62,555 nt of DNA, filler included, from Collodictyon triciliatum (GCA_043381765.1; 5 parts of 5 records of this genome joined end to end with filler, not necessarily neighbours in it); one strand, 5' to 3'. Counted from the whole stretch's first letter, positions 33,197 to 61,259 are shown. Notes: generated by a model from the letters alone, not told the origin. Program-made: numbers and translations.

Positions 33197-33594
33197 TTCT
33201 CTGCTGAAGGGGCACAAAAGATTCGAAAGGTGGATGGGGCCGACGCTGCTTTATTTTTTTTCTTTTCATTTGCTTTCTTCGTCGTTTCTTTTTTTCTTTT
33301 TTTCTTTTTTTCTTATTTTTTCTTATTTTTTCTTATTTTTTCTTATTTTTCTTTGTTTTATTCACTTGTTTTCTCTCAAAAACGATTCGCCACTATGAGG
33401 GCGAGGAAGGAAAAAGCATGACCAAAAGACGCGAAAAGATGAAAGGTCACGCTACAGACGGCTAAACCCAAGCTGGCGTAGCTTTCATATATCTGGAATT
33501 TACAATAATGTATTTAAATTTTCATCTTTAATATTCTTTTTTCATCTTTCTATATTCTATAATAACAATTATATATATTTTTCATAAAGGATCA

Positions 33595-33630
33595 CCTCGC
33601 TGCACTTTGAATCGAATAAAGGAAAAAAAA
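33595..33630 (+). mobile_element. Ultra-short poly(A) retroposed insert, copy 5
   Basis: CCTCGCTGCACTTTGAATCGAATAAAGGA8; degenerate TSD tatttttcataaa / taattttcacaaa. Confidence 0.75.
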
Positions 33631-33950
33631 TAATTTTCACAAAAATATAATTTTCCTATGGATGAAACCACTCTCTGAACATATCCACCAACAGTTGCCT
33701 GACACGCCACACAGCAACAAAACATTATTCAAACCACAGAATGGGTTATTGTGGTTGATGTCGATATCCTGGCAAAGTGACTATACATATATGTGTGCGT
33801 CTGTGTCAATTTCGTCGCTCAGTTCTTCGAATCCTTTGGCGACAAGCTCACATCCTCGTCGCGCGTGCCCTACTCTGTAGCGGCCCAGACGCCCGCAGTG
33901 TCCATTCTCTGAATAGCTTGGGGTTCTGACAGCGCCTTGCTTGCGGCAGA

Positions 33951-36900
33951 ATGTGGAGCCTCATCGGCGAAAGGGAGCCTGAGCAGGCGGTGAATGAGCA
34001 GGAGATGCCGCTGATGGGCGGAGGCGACGCAGAACAAGCGGGAGATGCTGTTGGAGCCGTAGCCGGAGCCGGAGCCGGAGCCGGAGATGCTGTCGGAGCT
34101 GGAGTCGGAGTCGGAGTCGGAGTCGGAGTCGGAGTGGGTACCGCGCCTCAGGTCGGGACACAAGAAGGCAAGAGCGAGCAAGACAAGGTGGCGGCGCTTC
34201 ATGAAAGCATCTCTCATCCACGCCCCCGGAATAGGTTAAGTAGATCTGCAGGCAGCTTTCTGTGCAAAACCAACACGAGTGAGTCCTTGCGTCTATTGCA
34301 AAAAAGAAAAAAGAAAAAAGAAAAAAAGAAAAAAAGAAAAAAAGAAAAAAAGAAAAAAAGAAAAANNNNNNNNNNNNNNNNNNNNNNNNNNNNNNNNNNN
34401 NNNNNNNNNNNNNNNNNNNNNNNNNNNNNNNNNNNNNNNNNNNNNNNNNNNNNNNNNNNNNNNNNAAGAAAAAAAGAAAAAAAGAAAAAAAGAAAAAAAG
34501 AAAAAAAGAAAAAAAGAAAAAAAGAAAAAAAGAAAAAAAGAAAAAGAAAAAAAGAAAAAAAGAAAAAAAGAAAAAAAGAAAAAAAGAAAAAAAGAAAAAA
34601 AGAAAAAAAGAAAATACACCACAAATTCTCATCAAATATAGGTGGAAAACCTGTCAGAGCCGTGGAAAATGCAGCAAAGAATATCATTTACGTTCCAAAG
34701 GCACTAGAGATTTACGACAGGCGATTGAGAACAAAGTTCGATTATGGCTGCTGCACATACCTGACCTTTCTCCTTCTGGCTGTTACCTTGGCCTTTTGGA
34801 CGATCCCAGTGTCCCTCAACTACGAGCATGTATTCACTCATATTTTATACGATTGAAACGCTAATATTCATCAATAATTGACACCCTGTTGTGGTATGAT
34901 TTCATTTTCTTCAATAAATTATAGGTCTCTTTCTCGCGGATGTATTACAGCTCTGGTGAGAATTGTTTAGACTAAAATTATTTCTTTCTTTCTTAACAAA
35001 CCACACCTTTTTCCGGTTTGTTATATTTCATTTGATTGGCGCGATTTTCATGTTGCATACAGTAAACTAACTTTAGCTACCATGAAATATACGTGGCGTG
35101 TAAACTCAGAGAATGATGAGAGCTTTATCGATTACGACAAGGTCTACTCAGTTGTAAGTTTAAATATATCACCTCAGCCATTTATCTAATGGTTCGATTT
35201 GAATTTACATATAGCCTATCATCCTACACATTAATTGTTTTCGAAACAGTCATGAGTTTCATTTAGAACGTATATAATATATTTTCTTCAACATTCCTAA
35301 CGTCCACCCTAAATAGGAAAAGATATACCAGGTTAACATCCTTTTCAAGACACTATTTTATTTCATCGATATTTTTCTCGTTTTTAACCATGTATATATA
35401 ATCACCAATAAAATGACCAATTGACATAAACTTCGCTAAATAACTTAGTTCCTGGAGAATACAATCATCCCAGCGAGCTCTTACAACGATGGAGATCTAG
35501 GTATGGGCAAGTCGATAATTGGAGGTATCACCATACGACAAATTCGTATAAAGCCATCAAAGTGTGAGATACCAGGGCCCAAGAAAGAGTGCTTCGGATT
35601 TTTTCAACTCGAGGATATTGATAAAACAGCTTTCGGTCCTGTAGATGACCCGTGGTGAGAAATTACACGAGTTTGAAGAAAGATACGTTATACAAGAAAC
35701 CCATCTTTAATTTACACACACGCGTGTCGCGTCTGCATACCCTACTACGTTTCCCAATACCTCCCCCTTTCTGTAACTCAATAATCAAAATATATTAGGA
35801 AATACAAATGGAGGGATGGATTTTCTCAGCTTTATCCGTCAACTCAGAGTGTTCGCGGATTTTTTCTCGAATTACCAGATGTATACGGAACGGGAGCATT
35901 TTACACAATCTTGCCTTTGAATGAGACAGAAGCACGCAATGCAGTCAACCAACTCCGGGTGATTTTTCTATGTGTTAAAACACAATTATATCTATTTCAC
36001 CCTTAGAATTTCCCATCTTTGTATTAAACAAACAAATCGCGACATGTAAACGAAGGAAGAACGCTGGATACACGAATCGACTAGAGTAGTTGCGATTAAT
36101 ATTGGGATTGCAAATGCCGACCTTGGCTATGTTACCTCAGTAGAATATGTACTTTTTTTTTCTTCAATTTTCTGCTATCATCAAATTTAAATAATTCTCC
36201 ATTAAAACAAAAGCATTTATATGCCAGGCATATCTAATTCTCTCTCTCTCTATATCATTCCAAGGTCTTTCAAATATCTCCTAGTAACACAATATCACCA
36301 ATATCTCGATATACAAGCTTCTGCTTGACAAGGTAAACTATTTCTATTTAGTTAGTATTTCTGCGTCATACGCAGTGGACTGTTGCATTTTTCCTTAAAA
36401 CTGAGTGGTTAAAACGTAGGGTGACATCAATCTCCTACATAATATTCTATGCATTTTTTTTCATGCGGCTGTTAATGGAGTGTGCTAATCAGATTTATGA
36501 TGTAAGTATGTATTATATGCTGCTACATATTTAATTATTTTTTTTTTTTTAAAAAATTCGTGCAAATCAAAAGTGTTTGAAATAAACAATTTTTTTTCCC
36601 TTCTCGTTTTTGTAGGTGTATGTGCAGGGGCTTCGCAATCACTTCTCCATCAAGTGGAATTATCTCGAACTTCTGACAAATACAGTAGACATTCCAGCCA
36701 TAAACATTTATATGTTTTCGTAGTAATAATAATCCATAAAATATATAATCAACCATCTAATGAGTGGGCGCATACAGATATTTCTTTTTTTGGCTTGTTG
36801 GATAGCACCATTTATAAGTTCTTCACAAGAGTTGTTTGCTCTAATAAAAAAGCACGATGGCACTAAAAGCAAACTATACTACATGGACTTTCAAAGTGCA

Positions 36901-39900
36901 GCATTCCATTACTACATGATCGAGGTTTTTTTTTTTCCCATTTCCACAAGAAAGATTTCATAAGACACAAAATCTAATTTTAATTATGCGGTAACCTATT
37001 TGACTTTTTTTTTTTTAAAAAAAAGAAAACAAAACATTTTTCTTAATATCGTGCATTGACAGGAAAAACGAAAAAATTATGCATCTTACAAGTGAATCTA
37101 AACTGCAATAGAGTTTTATCGGGTTCGGATGCTTTTTGGCGATACTCAAAGTGTTCAAATATCTCAGAATTTACAATCAATTCAACATGTTGTGGAGTGC
37201 GGTGAATAGAGCGTCATCCAAGCTTCTCGCGTTCATCGCTATTTTTAGTGTTGTGTTACTGTCCTACACTTTCTTCGGGTTCAAAAAGCTTATTTATATC
37301 AATACGATTATATTCAACATTCGATAAAATTTACTTATTTTATTTGTTGTACATGTCTAGGTATTTGAGCTTCGGATTCACTATGAGAGATTATAATTCA
37401 TATTCAATATCTCTTTTGACCACATTTCAAATGCTATCTGGGAATGTGAATTACTTGGATTATGTCCAAGCTCATCCGGTTTTGTCCTACATTTATCTGG
37501 TTTCGTATATGCTATTCGTTTTCCTGATTTTAGGTAATCCTGTACCATTTTTATATTTCTTGCTAATCAATTATTGTTTTCCCGTTTCTTCGTGATATCA
37601 TAATAATATTTTTTTTCCTTTATTCGATGATATCATAATATTATAATGTGCAAACGAGCTAATCAACAAGTTCATCGGATTAGTCAATATGTTCATCGCC
37701 ATCTTGAACCAGTATTACGATGAACAAGTCCATCACCAAAAAGAAATTGAGCACAAAAATCAGAAACGAATTTCCTCGTATACGGACCGAGATAGTCCTG
37801 GAGGTAGAACCGATCACCAAGTAGATAAAAGTACCAAAGATGAAAATGGTATGCTACCTGAAAAGAGAGTTAGTATACCCGAATTTTCTCTCGATGGAGT
37901 GGATTACGACCTATTCAAGGCATTGCTTTAATTATCACAATACCATACAAAGTTAAAATATCTGTATATGTGCTCGAGTATTTCTGTATACTCATATACT
38001 ATTCTTTTAATAGAGATTCGAAGAGATGAAACCAAAGATTAGCTTTAAGGAAAACCAGGAGCCAAAAAACTTTTACCAGGTTCGTAGAGGTTTCCCTATA
38101 TCTATGAGTTATCCGATGAAAGATTCGTATTAATACTATTGTTCTGCAAAAAAATTTACAGGGCCATTTCGTATATTTCCCTAAAAAGCAATTGGATCAG
38201 TTCCCTAAACTAAAGACGCTACATGTATTTTCCTTTAAGCCTAGCATACAAACAGTCTATTGCAGTGATGTATCTTTTACAACCAGTTCATGGGTTCAAC
38301 AGGTCCCCTCTCTGTCCGTCTTTCTTTTAAACTAACACAAATGCTTTTCTTTCGCACTCAGCTTCTTCACATCGAATCCAATCTGATAAAACCAGAGGAC
38401 ATGCACACCTTCCTGGATGGTCATGATATGATTCATTTCAAATCAACTGATCCATCCAACCCATTAATTCTATCTTTGATGAGGATTCACGATCACAAAA
38501 ATATTGGGGCTAATGTAATTAGTATTTTATTTGTAATATGAGAAGACATAAATTATACTGAGGTATTTATTGATTGTAATGTTGTCATAATCATCCTGTT
38601 CTGACCCTTTCTTTTTTCTTTTTCTTTTTCTTTTTACATTACAGAAAGAAATAGAAGAGCAGGAACTAACGGATGGGCACTTGTATGTCATCCTTAATGA
38701 TTACCACTTCAACAGGACGGTGACCCAACAACTTTCTACAAAATTGACTTTGAAGCTACTTCTTAAGCTAATGACAACCATCGGGAAAACACTCCTCTTA
38801 AGCCACTTTGAAGGTGGGCTTCAGTCAATATTTGTTGTTTTTACGATTATTCATAACCAATGACGATTTCCTCAGTTATGTTTTCTCTGAAAAATGTTGA
38901 GGAGACTCCCTTTAGAAAAGAAAAAGGAAAATAATACACTCCCTTAAATGTTAAGTAATATCATGTTCCTTCTATTGTCAAGCCTTTCTCGAGATAAAGA
39001 GCGCTGTATACAGTCAAAATAAAGAATCTGATGCCCTTCTATCAGATATGGAGGTTTGTAACATTGTCTCGGGATTGTCTGTGTGTTCTTTTTGTACTCA
39101 TCGTATCAAAGCAGAGCACATTCTGACGTTTTTTTTTTAAAAATGATTCGTGTACCTAAATTGAACAATGTCAGATTGCAGAGTTATTTCGAAGAAAGAT
39201 ACGCCCAAGAAAAAAATATGAAAAAACAAGCGTCAAATATGTCCGTTTCTTCGAGCTAGTTCGGGATTTGATGTAATTTTCCGCAAAGAATAGACAAATT
39301 CCTTGGGCGAATATTTTCCATTGACAAAACAATAGCCTCAGAGTTGGCTCGTCATTTTTTTTTCTATGTCAGGTTGCTCTACTTTCAAGCCTCAGATAGC
39401 CCGAGTAAAGACCCAAACATCCTGCAAGAAGCCTTCCGCGTCCTAAAAACTTTATCTGATGGAGGAGCAGTGTTTGAAATGACGGAAAATTTTGTAATCA
39501 AATACACTTGAAACTGTGACGTTTGTGCTACGTTGGATTGTATTGTATTTATCTATATGTATCTAAATATCAAGGATTTATTTTGTGGTTTGTTTTTAGT
39601 AGTAATAGTTGCATATAATTAATTATGCCACACCTAAATCTCTTCCAGGACATTGAGTTGGATGTAGCTTATGAACCACGACCTATAATGGTAGAGGGAA
39701 CTGATATAAGTCCATTCCGAGATATAATCGAAGATTTGGCTAGTTACATACACGATGGCTGGACTTACAACAGACTAGAAGCTGGACTCAGGCACAGTTT
39801 TCATTAGTATTTTGCTGCCACCGAATCATGGACCTAATAATGAAAATGAAAATGAAAATGAAAATGAAAATGAAAATGAAAATGAAAATGAAAATGAAAA

Positions 39901-40815
39901 TGAAAATGAAAATGAAAATGAAAACGAAAACGAAAACGATAATGACGATAACAACAATAAACAACAATAAACAACAATAAACAACAATTATAAGTACAAT
40001 AATAATGAAACACGTTACTTTGCCTCCTTTACACTTGGCTTCAGATGAATATAAATTGATATCTCATAAAAATAAAAGCTATGGCGATTCAACTGAGGAG
40101 GGGAAATCCCACAACTGTATGAAGAAGTACAGCGAGTTGAGCGATGATGTAAAATCATATGATAGAATCATGGGCATTCAGGTTTTTTTCTCTTAAAAAC
40201 AAGGAACGAGTTTTTGACCTTATTATCGTTTGTAGTAACTGAAAGTTACCATTTAAGTTTAAATGAAATCAGTATGGTTTCATATCCTAAACAAGATTTG
40301 TTTAATATCTTTGGTACTTGTGATTCATCATCATTATGCATAAAAAAAAAAAAATGGAACTCGATAGGTGATCAAAGGTTTAGTAGAGCTTGGATTTGAG
40401 ATTAAGAAACAGAAAGATCAGACGGCCTATATCCCTCATAACTTGGTAGACAAAGGAGTGTACAAGGTATGAGTGAGTAGATGGCATAAATTCCACGTGC
40501 CACATATATCATTTCGATATACCATTATTATTACATGGTTCCTTTTCCATCTCATACTTTTTGGTTGTTCTTTCTTATATCATATCATACACTATGATGT
40601 GAAGGGACTGTAGGATCATCACATTTAATCTACTTCGATTGGAGTTGGTATGCGTAACCCAAGAAACAAACCTATATTTCTCTGTGTAGGGTGAATCTCG
40701 TCTTCCTTCAAATTATTCTATTGACCTTTACGATGTGAATGCGATGGAAATATCCGATGATTTGATGGGCGCCCTTCTTATCCTCGCAGAAAGCGCTCAT
40801 GACGCATATTGCATG
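33951..40815 (+). CDS. Polycystin-2/TRPP-like cation channel with C-terminal RyR repeats (PKDRR-like), 3' end lost in gap
   Basis: PKD features: IRQIRIKPSKC, WIHESTRVV, and S4-S6 LKVFKYLRIY...FGFTMRDYNS..LLTTFQMLSGNVNY...LVNMFIAILNQYY. RyR repeat: YEPRPI...EDLASYIHDGWTYNRLEAGLR|YGD...HNCMKKYSELSDDVKSYDR. A second repeat starts ILAESAHDAY. Confidence 0.87.
37606..37627 (-). mobile_element. Ultra-short poly(A) retroposed insert, copy 6 (PKD intron)
   Basis: T8-CCTTTATTCGA; perfect 13-bp TSD tgatatcataata (37593-37605, 37628-37640). Confidence 0.8.
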
Positions 40816-40850
40816 GTATATTTATGCGAATTATTTGATAAATACATAAT

Positions 40851-40924
<74 letters not shown>

Positions 40925-41205
40925 NNNNNNNNNNNNNNNNNNNNNNNNNNNNNNNNNNNNNNNNNNNNTTAATTAATTAANNNNNNNNNNNNNNNNNNNN
41001 NNNNNNNNNNNNNNNNNNNNNNNNAGAGATAGAGATAGAGATAGAGATAGAGATAGAGATAGAGATAGAGATAGAGATAGAGATAGAGATAGAGATAGAG
41101 ATAGAGATAGAGATAGAGATAGAGATAGAGTGTATGTATGTGCATATGTTACTTGTAAGGCCACAGCTTCGCTCGGTACTTTTGGTAAATAAACATCTCA
41201 TTCTC

Positions 41206-44769
<3,564 letters not shown>

Positions 44770-46813
44770 GACTGAGAAGTATGTCGTGCCTTGGATCTCT
44801 TGGAAAAGTATATGCTCTGTGTGCGGGGGCAGACTCCCTTCCTGGCGGCGGAATGTGCGAACGAGCGAGTGGCGAGGTGGAGAAGAAGGAAAGGAAAAAA
44901 AAGGAGCGGAGGAACAAATGATTAAACGGATTATAAAAAAAAAAGAAGAGAAAAAGAAGAGAAAAAGAAGAGAAAAAGAAAATATATGTTAGGAGTGTGA
45001 AGGATTGTGAGGCAAGTTTATGCTTTAGCAAGGCGATCGGCCGTATGTTGGCGACCGCCTGGAGAAGTTGCAGCCAGTTTTTCGATTTCGCCTTTTTTTT
45101 ATTTTTCTTGGTTTTTTTTTAATGTACATAAATTATTACTTTGTCTTTAATTTAACTCAAGACTATAGATCACATTCTAGGCCTTGGAAGGAAATAAGAT
45201 TAAGCATGTGTAATACGTATGATAGACTCCTGAAGTTTGACAGTCCCAGCAATGTGCCTTTATTTGTAGGAGAAAAAAAAAACGCGATAACCGACCAAAC
45301 ACACTCCATGCCTCAAGAAGCGGTGTAACTGGACATATCGTTCGGGAGATATGCCTGAATAGCTACTTTCCCTTTTAAATGTTGTGGGTGTATGTGTGAC
45401 TATGGAGAGACACGAGTTCTCCTCATGAAAGGGCTATTAAATCAGATAATGAGAGAATGCTGAAGGGAAAAAAATTGGAATAATCAACGAAGGAATCAGC
45501 AATTTTTTCCAGCGACACAAAAGCCCTATGCAATCAAATACATCACACATGTAATGCTCATGAGGGCAGTTTCCAAGAGATGGCGGAGCTTACTCTCGTT
45601 CTCCTGCCCTTCAAACACCATGTACCTTGTAATTTGATATCAGATTGGATTCCTTCGGCCGCCTTGTTGGTCAACTGGTAATTACTCCCGTATCGTCACC
45701 TGCAGGCTATAATCTGGAACTCTGTTTGCCCGGCAGTTTCAAAATAGCGAGGAAGTCAGAATACTTCTGATACAGAGTCGTGTGTAGATTCGGATGAGTG
45801 GGATGTCTACTTACATTTTTAGTTCATTTTTCCAAAATTATATATATGTGAAATGAATCGAGATGGGGTGAGGGAATTATAACAGGAGTATCAAAGACTG
45901 GCGAAGCGGTCGAATGACATGACCGTTGTGACTAGCTGAATAAGGCCTATCCTGTGTGCAATTTTATATCATGTATAAGTGAGTTACTTGATTACCTTTT
46001 GACTCTAATAGACCTCTTTAGCAGGAATTTACATATTTTCCACATTATAGAAAGGGTTTTTGGAATCCAGATTCGTTCAACCACTTTTCGGGTTTTATGT
46101 CTTTGCTTTCAACGCAACCAACGACGAACCTCAGCTGCTTGCCCATCGCGACACGCCAGTCCAAATGATCATTTCGCCTGTCCAAGCGCGCCCAGCGGGT
46201 TCTTAGCATGGGCATGGGCTGCCCAGTCTCGGCTGCAGTTCGCTGCATAAATGCCGCCGAAATCAGCTGTGCTTTTGCGCTTCGAATTGCTCTGATCGCT
46301 TGGCCAGTTCTCGGGGGCCTGTGGTTTGTTGGGTGCGAAAGCTTCTAAGCCAGGGTAGTTTGGAAGCTTGATCTGGTTGTCTCCCTTCGATTATTAGATT
46401 TTTATTATATTGTAAATGATCATTTTAACATATATATGTGCCTTGTTATTGAATAATTGGTGCGATAGCTTTGAGAGTAGGATATAATAATNNNNNNNNN
46501 NNNNNNNNNNNNNNNNNNNNNNNNNNNNNNNNNNNNNNNNNNNNNNNNNNNNNNNNNNNNNNNNNNNNNNNNNNNNNNNNNNNNNNNNNNNNNNNNNNNN
46601 NNNNNNNNNNNNNNNNNNNNNNNNNNNNNNNNNNNNNNNNNNNNNNNNNNNNNNNNNNNNNNNNNNNNNNNNNNNNNNNNNNNNNNNNNNNNNNNNNNNN
46701 NNNNNNNNNNNNNNNNNNNNNNNNNNNNNNNNNNNNNNNNNNNNNNNNNNNNNNNNNNNNNNNNNNNNNNNNNNNNNNNNNNNNNNNNNNNNNNNNNNNN
46801 NNNNNNNNNNNNN

Positions 46814-46862
<49 letters not shown>

Positions 46863-46978
46863 GTAATAATAGTAATAATAATAGTAATAATAATATTATT
46901 ATTATAAATAACAAATCATCAATAAAGTTATTTTCCCCTCAGGCGACACAATTATCAGTTTGGGTCAGTCTGGGCGAA

Positions 46979-48470
46979 ATGCAGTGCGACCCCGGAGACT
47001 CAAAGAAGGGCAGCCGAAAGCAAAACCGATTCCCACGCAAGCAGCTTGTGTATTACCTCAAGTTACGCATTCATCATGCTGAAGGGCTTAACCGAGTGGT
47101 CAATACAAATGCATATACCCAGATTCAGTCGCAGATGTTTAAAGAGTTTGGAATTCAACGCTCAGTACGTAACCTTCGAGACAAGTACTCGCATCTCAAA
47201 TGCCTTGCAAAGGTAACTCCCAAAGCTTGCATTTCTATGTCAAACCTTTTTTTACATTTTCACGTTTCCTTTTTTTTTCTTTTCTTTTCTTTTCACTTGA
47301 GCAAAGTTGACGAATTACTCATGTGAAGGCAGGAAAAATCGAGGACGAGTTAATACTAGAGTTGCTCAATAAATTAGAGGTTCTGGAGAGAAAAGACGAA
47401 TTTGAAATGGTCACGGTAATTTCCTTGTTTTCATTTAGTCCTTTGCTCAAGTTTCATTTTTTTTTCTTGCTCATGGGCATGATAAGTCAATACTTGTAAA
47501 TTTTCTTTTCTCCTTGAAATAAACGCATAAATCCATAATTATGTTCCAGTCAAAAAAATTGCTGTTATATTTCAAGTATGGCAGGTAAATAATACACCCT
47601 TGACCTCGTGTCAAATAATTTTCTGCTCAGATTAATTTTCATTTACAATCCTGTCTTAGTTCCCACGCATGGTGAACTCCAAACGTAATCATGTGATATC
47701 AACGGCTGAGACGTCTGTGCATACTGAAGTTGCCTGTCATCAAGAAAGTGATAGTAAGATATTTGTTTATATTTTTAAAAATAGAGGAAAATTTGTCAAA
47801 ATGAAATTATTTATCAATACCCTATTCTGGACTGAAAATTTAAGTTGATAAATTATTTTATTTTCTCGAATAGAGCAAATTTATTTCCATCATTTTATTT
47901 TCCCTCTATATCACTCAAAAAATGAGTAAATTATTTTCTGCGTTTCTCCTTCAAATATGTAATTTGTCCAATTAGTGTATTGCGTGACCCTTTGCGGTTA
48001 TCAATCCTCTTTTCGTATATTGTTATCATAGAAGGTCTGTATATTTTTTGATTGGATTTATCCTTTCCTAGTTGATTTACCTGGATACACAAGGTGCAGC
48101 GGGGAGCAGGCCAGACTGGAAAGAGGAATAGGACAAAACCTTGTCGAGGTACTTTCGGAATCGTCCAGCTTTCAAAATGAGCGTGACCCCCTTGAGTCGG
48201 AAGGACATATACAGCTCCCCAAAAAAGAGACTCGAAAGAGATTGTATGCCTCTCTTCAAAAACTCATAGCGGAAAGCAACGACACTCTTAAAAAGTTCCA
48301 AACACTTGGGAAAAGTATATCAGACACTTTAGATGCGATTGAAGAGCTGGAAGAGGACGAGGACGAGGATGGAGACGATGACGATGACGATGAAGAGGAC
48401 GAGGAAGTCTCTGTCCATGCCAACAGCTCTGGCAGACGTCGAGGCAGCAGGGATATGGTTAGCCGTGAGT
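46979..48470 (+). CDS. Trihelix/MADF-type Myb-SANT-like DNA-binding protein with acidic C-terminus
   Basis: AYTQIQSQMFKEFGIQRSVRNLRDKYSHLK resembles the third helix of trihelix/SANT domains. Later exons give a coiled coil plus a D/E tract. Gene ends uncertain. Confidence 0.5.
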
Positions 48471-49331
48471 AAAAAATATTTATTTTTCTTACTATGAAAT
48501 AACAAATGGAAAAAAAAAATAGTACCAAGGGTAGAAAAAAAGAAAATAACTAGGAAGAGTAGTAATGATTAAAAGGGAAATTGATAAATTGACAGAAGTA
48601 TTGCCTTAAAGACATGAATTAGAATAACGTCGAAGTAAAAGTTATCTTAATTTATGATAAATATAATGAAATCACCATACGTTGGCTGCTATCAATATTT
48701 ATCGAGTCTTTTGCGCTACAGTATCATATAGTTTTATTATTATTATGATTATAATTCATATGATTAATAATACCTGGTTACTGTATAGCATCTGAAATTG
48801 GCCTTATAGATATGTTTTTGTTCAATGTTTTATTCCGCCCCTCTCTTTACCTTTTCATTCCGAATTCAGGTCTCCAAGAGAGAGTTTAGCCCAGTCCTAC
48901 TGTATTATGCTTATCTCCTGCAACGATTCTGCACGACCAAAAACAGTCTTTAATTTTTTTTTTTTTTATTGTTATTATTTCCGCTTCTTTTTTTTCTTCC
49001 ATCACACACGGCAACTTCACTCAATATGCACCTTTGATATATAACTTCCGAACCCAATTACAAACACCGTCTTCCCGCCCATCCCCACTTTCATTTTTCC
49101 CCTCAAAGATATGCAACGCTGTCTCAGCACCATTCCAAACTTCTCTTCTATTGTTGACTAATAAACATGTGAATCTTTTCTTCTTTGTGCACCCTTCCGT
49201 ATGTCATCCTTGCCATATCCCGGAACTGTCACCTGCTAGGTGGATTCATACTCTGTGCGTAAGTGTAAATATTTTATAGAATTTTTTTTCTTTGGGGTGT
49301 GGGCCGGCCTCTAGGTTTCTGTACCACACCG

Positions 49332-49847
49332 ATGGAGAGAAAAAAAGAAAAGAAAAGAAAGAGGCTCATGCGCCAAATGGTTCCGCAAGTTGCAGCCAGT
49401 TCCTCTGGTTCCAACGCTGGTGCGGAAAAACCGTGAGTTGCACGCAAGTCCACGAAGACCCGTGCAAGGAAGCCGCCTCCAAGTCTGTCTGAGCGGACAG
49501 TATTTTTGCACGGGGTCGAGCAAGTCGTCTACAACAAGAACAAGGCCCACAGACTCACCGATGCGCTCGCCTCCTTCTTGAAAGCGAACAAACTTTGGGA
49601 AGAGTCCATCCAATTGCACTTACCATACAGCGAAGGTCTTTGTTTGATTGCCTTCCGCACTGCAGAAAACGTCCGAAAGCTTCTGGAGCTGAAGCAGGTA
49701 AGTTTGAGCAATATTACAACCAGCTTCAGCAGAAGTAAACCAACAAAGACCTCGGTGATGCTCTACCAACTACCACTGGACGTGTGGCCGCAACTCCTTC
49801 GTGAGGAGCTGAAGCCGTTCAGACCGACCCACGTGGAGATCAAAAAG
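49332..49847 (+). mobile_element. LINE (L1/Tx1-like) ORF1 5' fragment with in-frame stop, truncated by gap
   Basis: Intronless and GC-richer than flanks. TVFLHGV...LIAFRTAENVRKLLEL...TSVMLYQLPLDVWPQLLREELKPF resembles the RRM-type ORF1 of non-LTR elements. In-frame TGA at 49434-49436. Confidence 0.55.
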
Positions 49848-49948
49848 GNNNNNNNNNNNNNNNNNNNNNNNNNNNNNNNNNNNNNNNNNNNNTTAATTAA
49901 TTAANNNNNNNNNNNNNNNNNNNNNNNNNNNNNNNNNNNNNNNNNNNN

Positions 49949-55903
<5,955 letters not shown>

Positions 55904-56561
55904 CCTGCTTTTCCCTGCTTCAGTAAAGAAGTTACAAGCGGCAAAAGTCAGTCTTTGTTTTCTTGTTTGTTTGTTTGTTTGTTTGTTTGGTAAACAGGGT
56001 GGCAATAAAACCATCCAACAGATAAACTCAGAAACCAGCCGCGGCGAAGGAGAAAAACTTCTTAATAGCAAAGCAGGGTTCAGAAAGATAAGTCAAGGGA
56101 GGGGGAAAAACACGGTGTAATGAAAAGCTGAGAGCTACAAGGACAGAGTTAGGAATGCCTATCTATAAAGAATCATCGGATCATTTGCCGATCTTGTTCG
56201 TGTTCTGATCTCGGCCGCGTTTTGATTCTTTTCCAAACCGCATCACTCTTTTCATAGTCTTTGTTAATACCACTATTTTTTCGAGGAAGAACCGGATTTT
56301 TTCCGGCTGCCTATGAATATATTCACTCTGTTTCTAAATGTGTAAATCTTTCTGGGTATGATTGCGCAGGGGTGGCGAGAAAGGCTGGAACCTTCGGCTG
56401 CAAACTGTGATGCAGGGTCGAAGATGTGTGATGAAAAGCGGAAGCAAACAAAAGGGGGGGTTTTATGAAGCGAAAATGAATATTTTGAATATTAGGTGTT
56501 ATGCGCAAAAATTTATAAGCACTGGAACAAAGCAAGGTTGTGATTAATTCATATGCAGATT

Positions 56562-60903
<4,342 letters not shown>

Positions 60904-61259
60904 CCTATTGTCGCCCTTTCTTGTGTTCACATTTATGATTAGGCCTCTTCCTTGCAGCACATATTGTGTCCGGCTGGGCGGTTCCTTGCAACTTGTTTTT
61001 TAGTATTCTTTGGTGGCCGCTTCTTGTGATGTTTGTGTGACAGGAATCATCATTTATTTAGGGGTGAGACTTCTGGAGGAGGAAGAGGGGGATTCGTTAT
61101 TTCCTGCGCTTGGGAAAACAGCTTTTATAAAGACGAGAGGAAATTAGAAGTGTTTGTTTATCACTTGCTTTAGTTGCAGGAAGCCTGGGGTGATAGAAAG
61201 AAGGAGGAGAAAGAAAGAGGGAGAATGAGTGGGGTAGCAGAACTCGATGCTGGCTGCGG

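Noticed and set aside
45500-45640. F-box-like peptide LMRAVSKRWRSLL
   Set aside because: Only the C-terminal half of the motif is present, in a short frame closed by stops, and no gene model could be built.
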